A stretch of DNA of 64,000 bases from Stylophora pistillata. Its lineage: Eukaryota. Shown here one piece after another: positions 26,483 to 39,500 of this stretch. A model generated the notes under the pieces. It saw only the letters and a program-made list of their open reading frames with translations. It searched no databases and was not told the DNA's origin. The stretch covers positions 255,371 to 319,370 of the forward strand of contig NW_019217863.1 in assembly GCF_002571385.2 (NCBI RefSeq). Direction: 5' to 3'. The translations under genes and the position numbers were made by a program. Position 1 is the stretch's first letter; each line of letters begins with the position of its first letter.

Positions 26483-27991
26483 ATGACAGATAGCTCTTAC
26501 ACCTGTCCTCGCCAAAAATTCATGGAAGATCCGAGTATTCAGTGGCGGGAAGGCAAACCTGACTATACCAATGCCAATCAAGCTTATCTACAGGGAAGGA
26601 CAAGAAACCATAAGGAAGGCTCATTAGAGAAGATTGTCGAGGATCTGGTTAAATTATGGGAAATGGAAGCTTCGCATAAAACTAACACTGAGGTAAATAG
26701 AGACCTTTTATGTTCTTATACCTAATGATCGAAAAGTTAATACTCAATTAAACGCTTTCTACTTTATCAGTTTAACAAACTTAATCGTCCCTCTCCCGAT
26801 ATAAGATGTGTTTGACCCTCACTTGAACTAAATAAAAATGTCAGTCAACTTCAAGACGTGTTATGTAATAAAGGTACAGGGAGTAAGATAATATCACACT
26901 AAGATCTAGCTACTGATAATGCAGAGAGAAAGAAATAGATTGTCACCACAATAGTACGAATTTTTGCGACTTATTTAGAAAACAAACCCAAATAATTTCC
27001 CACCTCTCAGTCAGAGTAAGCGGATGATATTAGAACACACCAACTGAACTGTGACGACAACACTTTGAAAGCCAAATAAAGTCTTTAAAGTAGTGTCTTA
27101 ATTTATACTTTAAAAGATAGATAATATTTTTAGTGTTTTGACTTTATGTATGTACAGGTAACGTAGGAATGAATATGTAAACAAGATGCAAAGATAACTG
27201 CGATGAAACTTTTTCAGTTTGATTGTCGTTGCAAAAATCATTACACGACCTTGTACGTTAGATTAGTAAATCTGCATTAATTTTATGCACGAACACTCCT
27301 TGAATCCATGCATAAATCTTATCATTAAGACACGTTTAAGTCGTTTTCACCGTCTTTTCTTGTTTTTTCTTATTGGTTTTTCTTTTTTTAAGGATTGGCA
27401 AAGTGTTGATGTAGAAGTTTTCACCATCCGCGCGAACAACCAGCGCTCGTTTTCTGTGAAGGAAGGCATTGAAGAAGGAAACTATAACGTACTGATGCAA
27501 AACCAACCACTTTACGACAGTAATGTTCACTCGTTTAAATCGTCACATGATATGTTCAGGTCTGCATTCGACCAAGGGTTTCCATGGGAACTGATAGAAG
27601 TGTTTTCAGGTAAATGAATGACTTCTGTTACGGTTTGTTCAAGTTAGAGTCTTGGCTGGCAATACTAAGTCTAGCAGGTATATACTGATATAATCCTGAG
27701 TGGAGATTAAACACTTTTGTGGGAAAGGGCTGCAAAAATGCAGAGTTTTTCAAAGTGTTTCATAATTTGTACTGATGTGGTTGTTTTTGCCCCTTAGGAC
27801 CTCCACGGGTGGCCTTTTCGTGGCGCCATTGGGCTCACTGGACGGGCCCGTACAAGGGAAGGACCCCGACGGGCGAACTACTTGAAATGTATGGAATGGC
27901 TGTGGCCGAGGTGGACGAGAACCTAAAAATCAAATCAATTGATGTTCATTATGATCCTAACCAGCTTTTGATGAAGTTGGAAGGAAAGTAG
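26483..27991 (+). CDS. Pathogen-related protein-like copy 3; exons 26483-26692, 27393-27609, 27798-27991
   Basis: Exons 1 and 2 are the same size as in copy 1 (210, 217 nt) with the same intron phases; frame intact; canonical splice sites. Confidence 0.88.
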
Positions 27992-28379
27992 TTTTGATTA
28001 GCGTCTTCCTACCATTGTCGCCCACCTCGAATAAGCGCCCACTCTGTAGGTAACACATGTCAATAGGCGTTCAGCCTCAAATAAGCAACGAGATAATCAC
28101 AATGAGAAAGGGAAACTCAGTTAAAAAACTTTGTCTTTTTGGTTCTGCAGCATAAGTATTCAATAGGTTGAATTCAGTCCAGATGTTTATCAAAATATCA
28201 CAGTTTTATCCTCACAGAATATTTATCTTTAAGCGTATTCAAAGTTGCAATGATTAAAGAATTCATAACATGATATTGTTCTTTCTGGTCATTTTATTTG
28301 CACTGTTCAAGGTCACGTTTTGTAGAAGCTTAAAGGGTTCTTTACACTGTAACAGCTGAATGCATTAAAGACTGCACAG

Positions 28380-28450
28380 AGAAAAGAACTTTACTCGGGA
28401 CTGCTTTACTGACCAAACAGTTTACAAACAGTCCGTCATTAACGTGAGCT
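28380..28450 (-). promoter_or_regulatory. SECIS element (type II) in the GPx 3' UTR
   Basis: The minus strand reads ATGAC-GGACTGTTT-GT-AAA-CTGtttggtCAG-T-AAAGCAGTCC-CGAG: AUGA/GA quartet, 9-bp helix II, unpaired AAA and an apical ministem. Confidence 0.88.
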
Positions 28451-29030
28451 ATATCTACAATAACTTGATTATTTCTAAAACAGTGCATGTTATGTGCCCC
28501 TTAGTTTCATTTACGCCCTAAATTAAGAATATTTCTTGAATATATATTCTTAACAGAAAATTTTAAAATTAGACTCTACACCAATTCGATATTAATTTAA
28601 GGTTACTTATTAAACCTGTTTTTCTCTTTTTCTTCCTTGTGAAACATCAATAAATTTATTTTGAAATAGACTTCTTTTGTTCGCAGAAAAAAAATATTAA
28701 ACAAGCCAGTAGAGGTCGTAAGCAGAGAATGGCATTAGTTCCTCGCTGCTAGAAAGAAAACAACACACTGTACGATAAGTGTGAGATTTTCCATGTATCC
28801 TGCCAGCTTTCGTAACACGTAATTATAAATTGGAAAGGGCTATTCAGTGTATGGACCTGCAATTTTCTTCCCGAAAAAAATTTCCTTTGAACACCATGGA
28901 ACATAACTCTTGCATGTGCGAATGAATAAAATATGAAAATGAGAATTTTGTGAGAAATAAATATAACAAAAATATTAAAAAGTTCAACTAGTAACCCCAA
29001 CGAGTTTCTTTTGTCCAGATCCGTTTTCTT

Positions 29031-31018
29031 TTACAGATTATATTTGCGTCTTCTCTGTCCTTGGCAAGTTAATATCAGTGTTTTGATATCTTCCAACATG
29101 TCGTTTGGTTCATAAGGCGCAGTGTACCGGGCAAATGGCTGGCCATCGTGATCTATTAATATCTTTTCGAAATTCCAATTGATGTCGTCGTTCCGAACAG
29201 GTGACCAGCGGATGTTACTTATGTCATCTATGAACCTGTCAGGGGCGGGACAACGGGACTGAAAAGAGACAAAGATACAGATAATAAGAAATTGTTGCAG
29301 AAATTAATTAAAATAGATTTAGGGCTTTTTCAAGATTTTCTGTACGTCACTGAAAACAAACGGAAGGCTGAGTGAACGACAAACGACGGTTACGGTTGTC
29401 GGGGAAACGACCGCGGAACGAAATGTGTTTTCACACCACTCTTTTTTTTTTTCTTTTCCTTTTTTCTTTTCCTTTTTTCTTTCGCCTGATCCCTGTCGGT
29501 TTTTCGCACTCCTGTTTTCCGCTTATTTTCCCTGACTGTGAACTTGGTTCACTTTTGATTAATGGTTTTGTATTTGCTCTGTTCTCGAGTCTGTCTCTTC
29601 ACGCGAAATATGTTGAGTTCAATAAGGAATAAAACGGACGTCTTTTTTGCTTTAAAGGAAAAGAAGAAGTCTCCTGACAACATATTCAACGATATTATGT
29701 AGCGCTGTGCTCAGATGATAAATTATATATATTTTTTCAATACGATTGCGATTGCGATTGCGGCAATGAGTGTTTTTAATTGAGCGCTTGGCAAAAAAAT
29801 AATTTAAAAAAATTACTATGGTGGGTACCTTTGCATCTGACAGGGTATAGACGAATTACTCAATTGCCCTAACGTTGAAATCAAATGTCAAGTGAAAAGG
29901 GAAATATAAACGCCTTTCTTTCTTTGAACTGTGACTGCTGACAATCTGCTTGAGTACCGAAGTAACCACAAGGATTGAAACAATAGCTGAATGCTCTGAA
30001 ATCCTTATGAAGGAAAATCACAAAACGAATCACACGTCTGCAATGAACTCAGAGGCCATGTAGCGTACGTTTCCTTTCCTAACTGTAATTAGGGACGAAA
30101 ATATCGTATTGCTAGAGTTGAAGATATATAATAATACGAGTGCTTTCTGCATGAGTGTATGAGGTTTATTTTGATATTGAGCATATGTTTCTCTTTGAAG
30201 AATAATGTCTTTCATAATGAAATATTCACGACTACAGGTTGGTTAACTTTGGTTTTGAAATGATCAGTTCGTAGATCATGTTATGATTTAGTGATTTAGC
30301 TTTTTCCTCAGTATGTGTTGCGTCTAGTGTGACTTTAGCTTCCCTAAACGAAATTCTCTTGCGCCATTTCTCAAACTTATATCTTAGCGCTTCACGCTCG
30401 GGTAATCCGCGGGCAAAACAATGCTGATTTCTTTAGATGCCATGAATGTCAAATCTTTCGACGCCTAACAACATTGTTCTTTGATTATTGATGGATTACA
30501 ACTTTACTAGCCAAATAGAAATAAAGCATATACCAGCCTACCTTAAAAAAACTATAAATTTCGTCTTCCTTCTCGCCATTCACGTCTCGTTTCTTGTACA
30601 ATGGGAAATTGGGAACAAAACCGTGTCCAGGCCGAACATATTTCAATCCGTTCATAAGCTCGTATGAGTTTTCCGCCGGCTCTTGGGAACCAAACTGGTT
30701 GCATGGAAAACCAACAATTCGCAGTCCACAAGCATGTGGGTTTCCATCTTCTGATCTCCAAAGTCGTTCTTGTAATGCATTCAGTTGATAATATTGTAAA
30801 GTGTAGCCTCAAAAGGTAGCGACATTCACAGCCACTACAACATGGCCGTGAAATTCGCTCATAGAGACATTTTTCCCATCTAGATCTTTCGTAGTGAAGT
30901 CGTAAAAAGACTCGGCGCTGTTAAGATGACAAAGCGATCTTGATTTACGTCTTTGGGAGCCGTTCAGCCCGCCTATAAAAAGGCAAAAAACGGCAAAGAA
31001 CGACCAAAGATCTCTCAT
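29031..31018 (-). CDS. GPX: Secreted selenocysteine glutathione peroxidase (GPx3-like); exons 31018-30542 and 29258-29031; Sec UGA at 30811-30809
   Basis: Signal-like N-terminus; [40 protein letters not shown] and [12 protein letters not shown]. The frame stays open after the TGA and a SECIS lies downstream. Confidence 0.93.
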
Positions 31019-31916
31019 CGTACCCACTCATCCGCAGAGATGTGGCAGATGGTTGAAAACATGGGGCGGTTATTTTTATGTAAATGACCTAGGCTACATT
31101 AGAGATCAAAGCTCTCTTCACCTGTCTCAAAATTTGACAAATAAACTACATTGGTCTTTATTTTTCCTTCCTCCTGAATGGACAGTTAATTTTCTTCGGT
31201 GATGTTAATTCTACTAAACATTAAACAGACATCTACTGTGGCAATAAGATAGTCACCGGGAAAAAAATGTAAATTCTCTCGGAGATGAAGTAAAAAGGGT
31301 CTAGTCAAGTAATGTCAAATTCCACCTTCAGTAAAATCGATCCTACAATATTTAACGAAAAGATTGGATTACACTTTAAAAACATTTAAGCAATTAATGA
31401 ATATTTGCTCGATCGGCGTGTCTATTATTTTCGCAAGTAACAAACTAGTCTGCTGTCCAGCCGACCAATAAGAACTTAGGACTAAGAAAAAGTAATTGTC
31501 TCTCAAGAAAAGATTCACGTAGCTTCAACCAATAAGAATTTTCCCCGTCCAATAATCAAGTAAAATCAACTGAGCTTTTAATTTTTCCCCCTAACATCCT
31601 TTTATTTCAAATTAGTCAATAATTGGCCCCGAAAGATCCTGCTTTTTTGATATCGCACTGAACTATTTTTTCCATCTGCACTGTAAATAGAAAGTTCGAT
31701 TTCCGAGCCTGAGCGAGGAGCGCGAATAGCGCCACTCTTTTGTAGGCACGAAGCAAGGACTGTGTTTTATTTTACCTAATTTTTTGTCTTTCTGGTAATG
31801 CGTAATGGCTTAGATGACGATGGAAAGTGTTTTAATTCTCATTCGCGAAAACAAATAGTTATATTAAAAAAAAAAGGAAAAAAAAAAAAAAAAAACAGCC
31901 GCAAACCCTTCCGGTG

Positions 31917-32777
31917 TTAAAAGCATTTAGCGTTTGTCATGGCTAATATCTCTGATGCTTGTTTTCTTGCTTCCTTGTCTATCACTAGAAACATTTCATT
32001 GCCAAGCCGAACCCTTGGTATGTTTTTTCTCTTTAAACCAACTCTTCTTTTAACGCCGATCTTCTCGTAAAAGGCAACCAACTTATTTTTGCAGCCTCCG
32101 ATAATTTCGATTGCTCCGAGACCGGAAGCTACTTGTAGTGCATATGCACACATGCTCTTGCCCAGGCCCTGACCACGAAACTCGGGCTTTACAACAAGGG
32201 AGGACAGTGTAACGTTATGAACTATACTTGATGTAGGCGTCTCCACAATTTCAGACTCGCTGATATCTTTCGCACTTAGCACCGATGAATCTAAACCTGC
32301 AACCTCCATAGACTGTTGAACCGCGGGAAGCGGCAGTCTCATCCTCAGCATTCTTAAAAATTTATTTAAGTCAGGTGACCTGGAGGCGGAAGTCTCTCGT
32401 AAAACACAATGAGCGATAACTTGCTTCACTCCACCGAACGTGGCCAAAGCAACCAAATGACAGGGGAAGGTATCACGTGATTCGATCATACTGGATGTCC
32501 GCACATAGTTGGGTTCCTCGATACCCTCCGCGGTCACAGGGACGGACCACTCTGACGTCACGAGAGCTGTCGCAGCGTTGGTGTACTGTGGCACGGTGTG
32601 AAGTTTGTAAAACTCTACACTGCTGATACGAGCAACATGGCAGTGGTCATAACAAAACCAGGAGATGGCTATGGTTAAAATGGCCACACCCCAAGGGACA
32701 CTGTACCGCATGACTATAGCCACACTCACAAGTACCACACAAAACATCAAAAACGACAAATGTTTGCTGGTTGCCAT
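31917..32777 (-). CDS. GNAT-family N-acetyltransferase, NAA80-like, with N-terminal hydrophobic segments; CDS in one exon (alternative in-frame ATG at 32810)
   Basis: Acetyl-CoA-binding motif VVKPEFRGQGLG and AFYEKIG; accATGG Kozak context at 32777; splice acceptor just upstream at 32825. Confidence 0.8.
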   Translation of the reverse strand: MATSKHLSFLMFCVVLVSVAIVMRYSVPWGVAILTIAISWFCYDHCHVARISSVEFYKLHTVPQYTNAATALVTSEWSVPVTAEGIEEPNYVRTSSMIESRDTFPCHLVALATFGGVKQVIAHCVLRETSASRSPDLNKFLRMLRMRLPLPAVQQSMEVAGLDSSVLSAKDISESEIVETPTSSIVHNVTLSSLVVKPEFRGQGLGKSMCAYALQVASGLGAIEIIGGCKNKLVAFYEKIGVKRRVGLKRKNIPRVRLGNEMFLVIDKEARKQASEILAMTNAKCF

Positions 32778-35700
32778 GGTGCGATTTCCAGGTGTATACC
32801 GCCACTTCATTTGGCACAAGATTCCTGGAGAAGGGAAATAAAAATGTAGAATAAAGAAACCAAATGTTTTGGTTTGGAACTGTTCATTTTTTATCGTCTG
32901 TGCTGGCCCCGGTGGGATGCGAGGGTAGGGGAGGGGCGGGTGGAGGATATTGGTTGTGTCACAATCAATTTACATGATCCCCCCTCTATAAAGCTCTGCA
33001 ATGGCTTATGATATCAACTTATTAGCAGTTCACTAGCAGTCAATTATTTATAGTCCCCCTTTATAATCTGTCGGTGATGACTGTTCCCCTTCTCCGCTCC
33101 CCCTGAGAACCATGTGATCACCGAAACCTCACCCAGGTGACAAATAATATCAGTTCCTTACGACAACAACTTTTAATTGACACAACACGTGCGTCTGCGG
33201 AGAATAATTCGACTCACGTGCAACCAAAACTTCTCCTTACTAATCTGAAGTTGTGATCCTCACTAGAAAGGCGATCTCGAAATCTCACTCATAGAAATAG
33301 AAAGTAGTACAATAATTCGACTTTTTCGAAAAATCTCGTGCATTTCCTCGACGAAGTTATTTGAGGTCGTCTTTCGAATGTTACATGTTGCAAGCTCGTG
33401 CACGCATCTAAAATTATTTTGCGCAACTTCTGTGCGGAGAAGAGGAAAGCCGGATAAACTGGCATCCTGATTCATTCCTAGGCGTGGCTGCTCAAGTCGG
33501 AGTTTTCGTGTGGTAACAGAAAGACCCACAAGCCATGTAACTTTTCCACACACACACACACACACTACAGACACTGGCAACGTTTTTCTATGAGAAGAGT
33601 TCTTAAACCGCTTTGGATTGTCTGAAACAGTTACTCAACACGAACGTATCAGTGCACTGGGGATGACCAAGGTTTCTAAGAGTAGCCACCGAAGGTTTGC
33701 ATGCAATTTTTGTTTTTCACATGTATAAGATGAAAGATAGAAGTTTTTCTAGAAAAGACCACGTCAGTGCCGCACGAAATTGCGTGCATATTTCCTGGCT
33801 ACGCCTCCCTTGGCTCTGCTTGTATCTTACACCCGTCTTCATGCCTGGGGGGGGGGGGGGAGGAGAATCTCCCTCGACTAAGGAAGGGGTGGGATAGAAA
33901 CTAAGAGTCAAAATTTTTCGTAAAAATGACCCTAATATGATACATTCCTGGTGTATAAACAAAGTTAAATCAAACAAAATCACACTTATGATGTTCTCCG
34001 AACTTCGCGTAACTTACAGACAGTCCTTACAAAGTAGTTTTGGGCAATTTGGGAAAAGGGAATCCATGTATCGATAGTGCCGACAAAGGTTTCATATTTC
34101 TACACAGATATTAACCTGTGACCGATCGGCTTAACGGTTAAGTTTATTTCTGAGACAAAATGTGTCAAAAACCCTTTTTGTTTCATTAAGTTTAGTTAAG
34201 CTTTTATGAACCAGCTTTTTAAATGACAAAATTGTACGAGACAAGCAAAAGTCTGATTACTGAATAGAAAGCGGCCGAGAAATTAAGGATCTTGAACACC
34301 ACGCCATAAAAATGACTTGACAGTGGCCGGCTACCTTCTACAACAACGGATTAAGCCAAAATAAAAATCACTTCCGACGCGTCTCAAGAATTAAGAATTA
34401 CGGTTAGCTGGCGCAATACACTCATTTCCTGGATTAACGACAAATTGGGCTTGTCGCAGTAAATAATAAACTTTCCTCGTTTACTGAGTAAACTAAAGGT
34501 AACTTACTTCTGTGAATCTAACTTGCACAAATCAAATGAACATGAAAAAGAGAAGCAAGAACTTACTTCTCTTGGTTCCAAATATACCAGATTTCTATAA
34601 GAAATTTCTGAGCATATGGTTGAGAAACCGAAAAACAAGCGAGGAATTATGTGTTTGGATAGTGCTTTGGATTTTATTTTAATTTGAAGCAAACGTCTGA
34701 CTCTAAGTCCTGTTTCATGACCTCCTCTGCAGGCCCTCCCTGCTTGAGGAAAGACTCGGATTGCACCCCTCATGTTCTTACATGTAAACAACAGACGTAA
34801 CAGTATCAAATCTTCATCTACTATCCTTCTTAGGTTCTGTCGTTGACAGTTTCATGGGTGAAATAAATACCCAGTGGACGTGACCACTAATCTATGAGGA
34901 AAACAGATGACTTTTTAGCTAAACAATTACAGCATAAAATCCACTAGGAGAAAGCCCTTATCTGTCCCAAGTTTTAGCTCCGCATTTCTTTTATTTTTTT
35001 TATCTTTCGTTCTCACGACGGTTAATAGTTAATACTAGCGAAGAGGGGAACTCACCGAGTGTTCTTTTAAACTGACTGAACCCTGGTGCAAGAGAGAGAG
35101 AGAGAGAGAGAGTATTCGGTCACATGCCACACAAGGGCTTTATTGTGACTCACATGGCGTTGCTGGAGGTTCTGACTGAGTTATTGTTTTTGGCTTTGTT
35201 TGAAAAAAGATTAACAGCTAAGCCTCATTTGAATAAAGTCTGTTGGGACAAAAATTATAAAGACTGCTTTTTAAAGAAACACTTTAGCATTATGATAATA
35301 ATAAGAGAGTAAGTGAAACGTTATTGCGGTTTATGGCTAAGTTGAAAGTGTAAACAAGCTTCATCAGAGCGCGCGCCTTTAGGGGCCTTCAGGGGCCCTT
35401 AGCGGTTTTATACATTAAGCTAGATCACGTAGCATCCCTTAAAACTCGGAAGATCTTATCCGGAGCTTGTTTTTTCTTGTCTTTTCTCTTTCCCTAGTAC
35501 AATTGTGGGGCATACTAATCCCGCCGAAAGCACTGGGTCTTTGAAAAATGAAATAAAATAAAGTACATCAAAACGTAAAACATTTTCCTTTTCCTTAACA
35601 GAGGGCTATTTCACAAGTAAAAGAAACAAAACGCGCGTGACAAAATAATTCCTTTTCCGCGTCGTTTATTGGATTTCCTTAGCCATCTTTACCGACTCCG

Positions 35701-36520
35701 CAAATGCCCCCCCAGATGTCCGGCAATGGGTAAAGTTTGTTCGCAACAGAAAGTCGAACTGACTGACCCCCTGATGAGTAGGTTATGAAATGTTTCCGAG
35801 TGTCTGGCGGGTTTCGACATGCCTTTGAAAAAATCCTAATGCGATTACTGGCCTATCCTCTAAAGTTCATGCGCAGGAAAAGAAAGGAAAAATGAACAGC
35901 ACGATGTCAGAAAAAAACATTTCCTCTTCTTGCGGTCACAAGACACTGCATAGATATTGACGCACGCGAGGACAGGAAATGACTGTATTGATCTACGCCA
36001 ATTCTCAGACAAAATGCATCGTCGAACAGTGCATCAGATTTTGTTGACAAAAAAAAAAAAGAAAAGAAAAAATAAGAAAATTGCAACGAACTCTTGTGAA
36101 TAGAAGTTAACATTTTGAAAAATTCCAAGACCCGTCCTTTCCCTTTGAGGCATAAATCGCGAATCTCACGTGAAGGAAAAGGAAAAGAAACCAGCAGGTA
36201 TTTTTTGTCACTTCTAGTCAACTTGTCATAAAACCGGTTTGACGATCTTGTTTTTTCGTTTTCATCAACTGAAAGAACAGCTTTGTCATGCTTGTATCTG
36301 ATTGGTTACCTGAAAAACTCTTTGGGTGACAGCCAATCAGAAAAGGGGCGTACGTGGGATTGAGAGGGGCGGCAACTAGGCGTACAACACGCAATTCGAA
36401 AGTATATTTATCAACGCAATCGAAGAGCCCACCATGAATTTTATCGGCTTCTTCCTCGTTTTCTTGTAAGATTTCGCCTGAAATTCCCATTGTGAAAAGT
36501 CAAGAGGATAATTTTCAGTC

Positions 36521-39500
36521 ATGACTGAAGCTCAAGATCTAAATTTGACGTTTTCTGGATGTGGTTTTTTGGGAATTTACCATCTAGGAGTTGTGTCGTG
36601 TTTGAAAGAAAACGCTCCGGCGCTCTTGAAACGAGTAAAATGTTATGGCGGCGCGAGCGCGGGTTCCTTCGCCGCGATTGCGTTGCTTTTAGACTTAGAT
36701 GTTAGTGACAGTGCTGAGTTTGTAATCAGACTGGCTAAAAGAGCGAATTCATTGACGCTTGGACCCCTTCATCCAAGTTTTAATGTCGTCAGAACACTTC
36801 GTCGATCATTCGAAAGGATTCTGCCACCCAACGCACATGAACTCGCCAGTGGAAGACTTCATCTGTCGTTAACAAGAGTTTCTGATCTCAAAAACGTTAT
36901 TGTGTCTGAGTTCTTCTCTAAAGAAGATCTTGTTGAGGTGAGTTGTTTCGTAATAATCATCTATGTCGCAAATTCATTATCTTCAAACGGATTTATAGTC
37001 GCTCGCGCTGAAGGGAATTTGCATAGAGTAAAGCCACGGTCGTTCCCAGCCAGTTGTTCCCCTTCAAAACAAAAAATCGTCAACAGGGACCTTTTATCGA
37101 CCTACTTTTCACGGCTATAAAATTCTGTAAGGTTTCTCGCGTGCTTTTCGTTCGGAGCGTGGTATTTTCCAGTTGCGTAATATGAAACTCTGTGATGAAA
37201 CTCCGTAAGAGCGACTCTACGATCCTATTTTCATGAAAAGGATATGTTAATTTTTCTTTTTTTTTTTTTGAGTTAAGGAACTATTTCTGTAATGAAGGCT
37301 CAGCCGATGTCTGTTGCTCACATAATTTATTCGCGCGGCAAGTTGGAGTTTGTCTTTGTGATGATTGTGTGTAAAATAATAATGAGCTAAACGCGTCGCA
37401 TTTTTTGAGGATTTGTTATGGCTACAAGAGTATTGTCGTGCTGTTGAAAGAGGATTTGGAAATATTTTAGAGCACAAGCCCCACCATATCGATCTATTTC
37501 CTACATTACGGTAATAAAAACTTTTGCTGTATAAGGCACTCAGTTGCTTATTTATGCTAACTTTTCAATGTTCCTGACAGTCCAGTATTTGTAATGATAT
37601 TAATCATTCATTTGCTTGGTATTTGGATGGCATGCTGTAACTTGCCAACGGTTAACTTGATACTAGAGAAATTACAATCTGTCTACCTATTGGAGGTGGA
37701 AAGTTCTGCTCACATCTGTTGAATTGTTATTGGTCTAGTGCGGCACATGCCAAAAGAGATTTGATGCATATATGAATAAACATGTAGTCTCATCTTCGTA
37801 ATTTGCATCATCTCGTTTTAAAGTGAAAATCTCAAGCAGTGTTTATGACAAATACAGTATAATTTGTAGATAGTGCAAGAAATTTGATGCCATCAAAGGC
37901 AGTCTCATGGACTATCACCAAGAGAAAAATAGATTGTAGGAATTTTAAAAAGACTGTATACCTTGGTATTGGGTGGTCAAAACCCCCCACAATCTCATCT
38001 CAAGTTGCATTCCATTGCCACCTCTAAAACTCAAGTTATGTAACTGACAAATTAGCTGGTTGATTTTGGATTATCACCAATCTGTAGACATCTAGGAGTT
38101 GTTCCCAGCTCTAAACTGTTGATTCGAAGCATTAAAATCCTAACAAACCATTTCAATTAGAATTTCCTTAGTCAGACAGTACTCATGTACACCTTATACC
38201 ATCTGTTTCCAACAATGTCCATTTTTCTTTTTCTTTTTTTTTGTGTGTGTGGGTGTGTGATGAATTTTGCTATCAAGGATAGGTGTCATTTCCAAAGACA
38301 GTTCTGAAACAGACATTTTTTAAAACAACTACTGCTGTAACAGTTATAAAGCGAAATATCTCTGACAGATTCATAATTCCTAAATGATGAATCAATGCCT
38401 CCTTGTGCTTAAATCAACAGAAGGGGGATCTGTTGCATCACCTTACTGATGACCTCCCACCCAAAACTCCTCATTTATGTACAAGTACCTGTATATAAAT
38501 TTTAATTATTCAAGACAATGACTGTTAGGTACTTTATCTTTTGTTTCAGGCATTGATTGCTAGCTCCTATGTTCCGTTTTACTCCGGAATCTTTCCTGCA
38601 AAATTCAGGGGAAAGGTAAATATTAACATGATGTCATGTGCTTTTATTAAAGTTTCCTGTTTTTCCTTAATGTTGAGTGAGATAAGGTTACAGGATTAAT
38701 TATCTTAACTAAATATGTGGGGCTCAGACATATTTATTGATAGGTATTAAACAAGATTTTCTTTTCAGTGGACAGTCAATCACATAAAAGAAAATAAAGT
38801 TAAAAGATTTATTTGGAGCACAGTCAGTGTCTTGTATCATGGATGCACAAGGGCTGTAATGTCAGATGCGCACTGAATTCTATTTTTTAACTTCTTTTAA
38901 AAGTGTAAAGGGGATGATAATGGAAGATCTACATCTTGAAAATCTAATCTCTATGATCAGCAGTACAACTACAGAAAATTTCCTTTTAGTGGCAATATAT
39001 ATCTTGTGTAACAGAGTTATTTCAGGCAGTTTCAGATGGCTATTGCCCACCTAAATCCCATAAACAAATTGAAATACTGAAGAGATTATTTATAATAAAA
39101 TTATCTGTTAGACAAGATGTTATTGTTCAGAATACTCTTCTGTTTGTGGAGTTCAGCTTGCACATTACTAGACACCAAAACTTGTTTCTAATTGACTGAA
39201 TTGTGTTTTCAGTACTATGTAGATGGAGGAATTTCAGACAATCTCCCACAGCACTTCAAAGAAGGAGAAACCATAACAGTTTCACCTTTCAGTGGAGAGA
39301 GTGACATCTGTCCCAAAGACAGTTCTTCAAATGACGTTCACATTGAACTTCGAAATACCAGCATGCAGTTTACACTACAGAACCTCTACAGGTGTTCCCG
39401 TGCATTCTTTCCTCCACAACCAGATGTACTCTTTGATATGTGCAAGCAAGGATACAGAGACACATTGAGATTTGTGAAGCAGCATTGTAAGTGGATGTCT

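Noticed and set aside
30809-30811. GPx as a nonsense pseudogene
   Set aside because: The TGA is at the catalytic Sec position and a SECIS is present.
33263-36490. Several 60-105 aa ORFs between the GNAT and lipase A
   Set aside because: Low-complexity or microsatellite-containing, no domains, and no consistent splice structure found.
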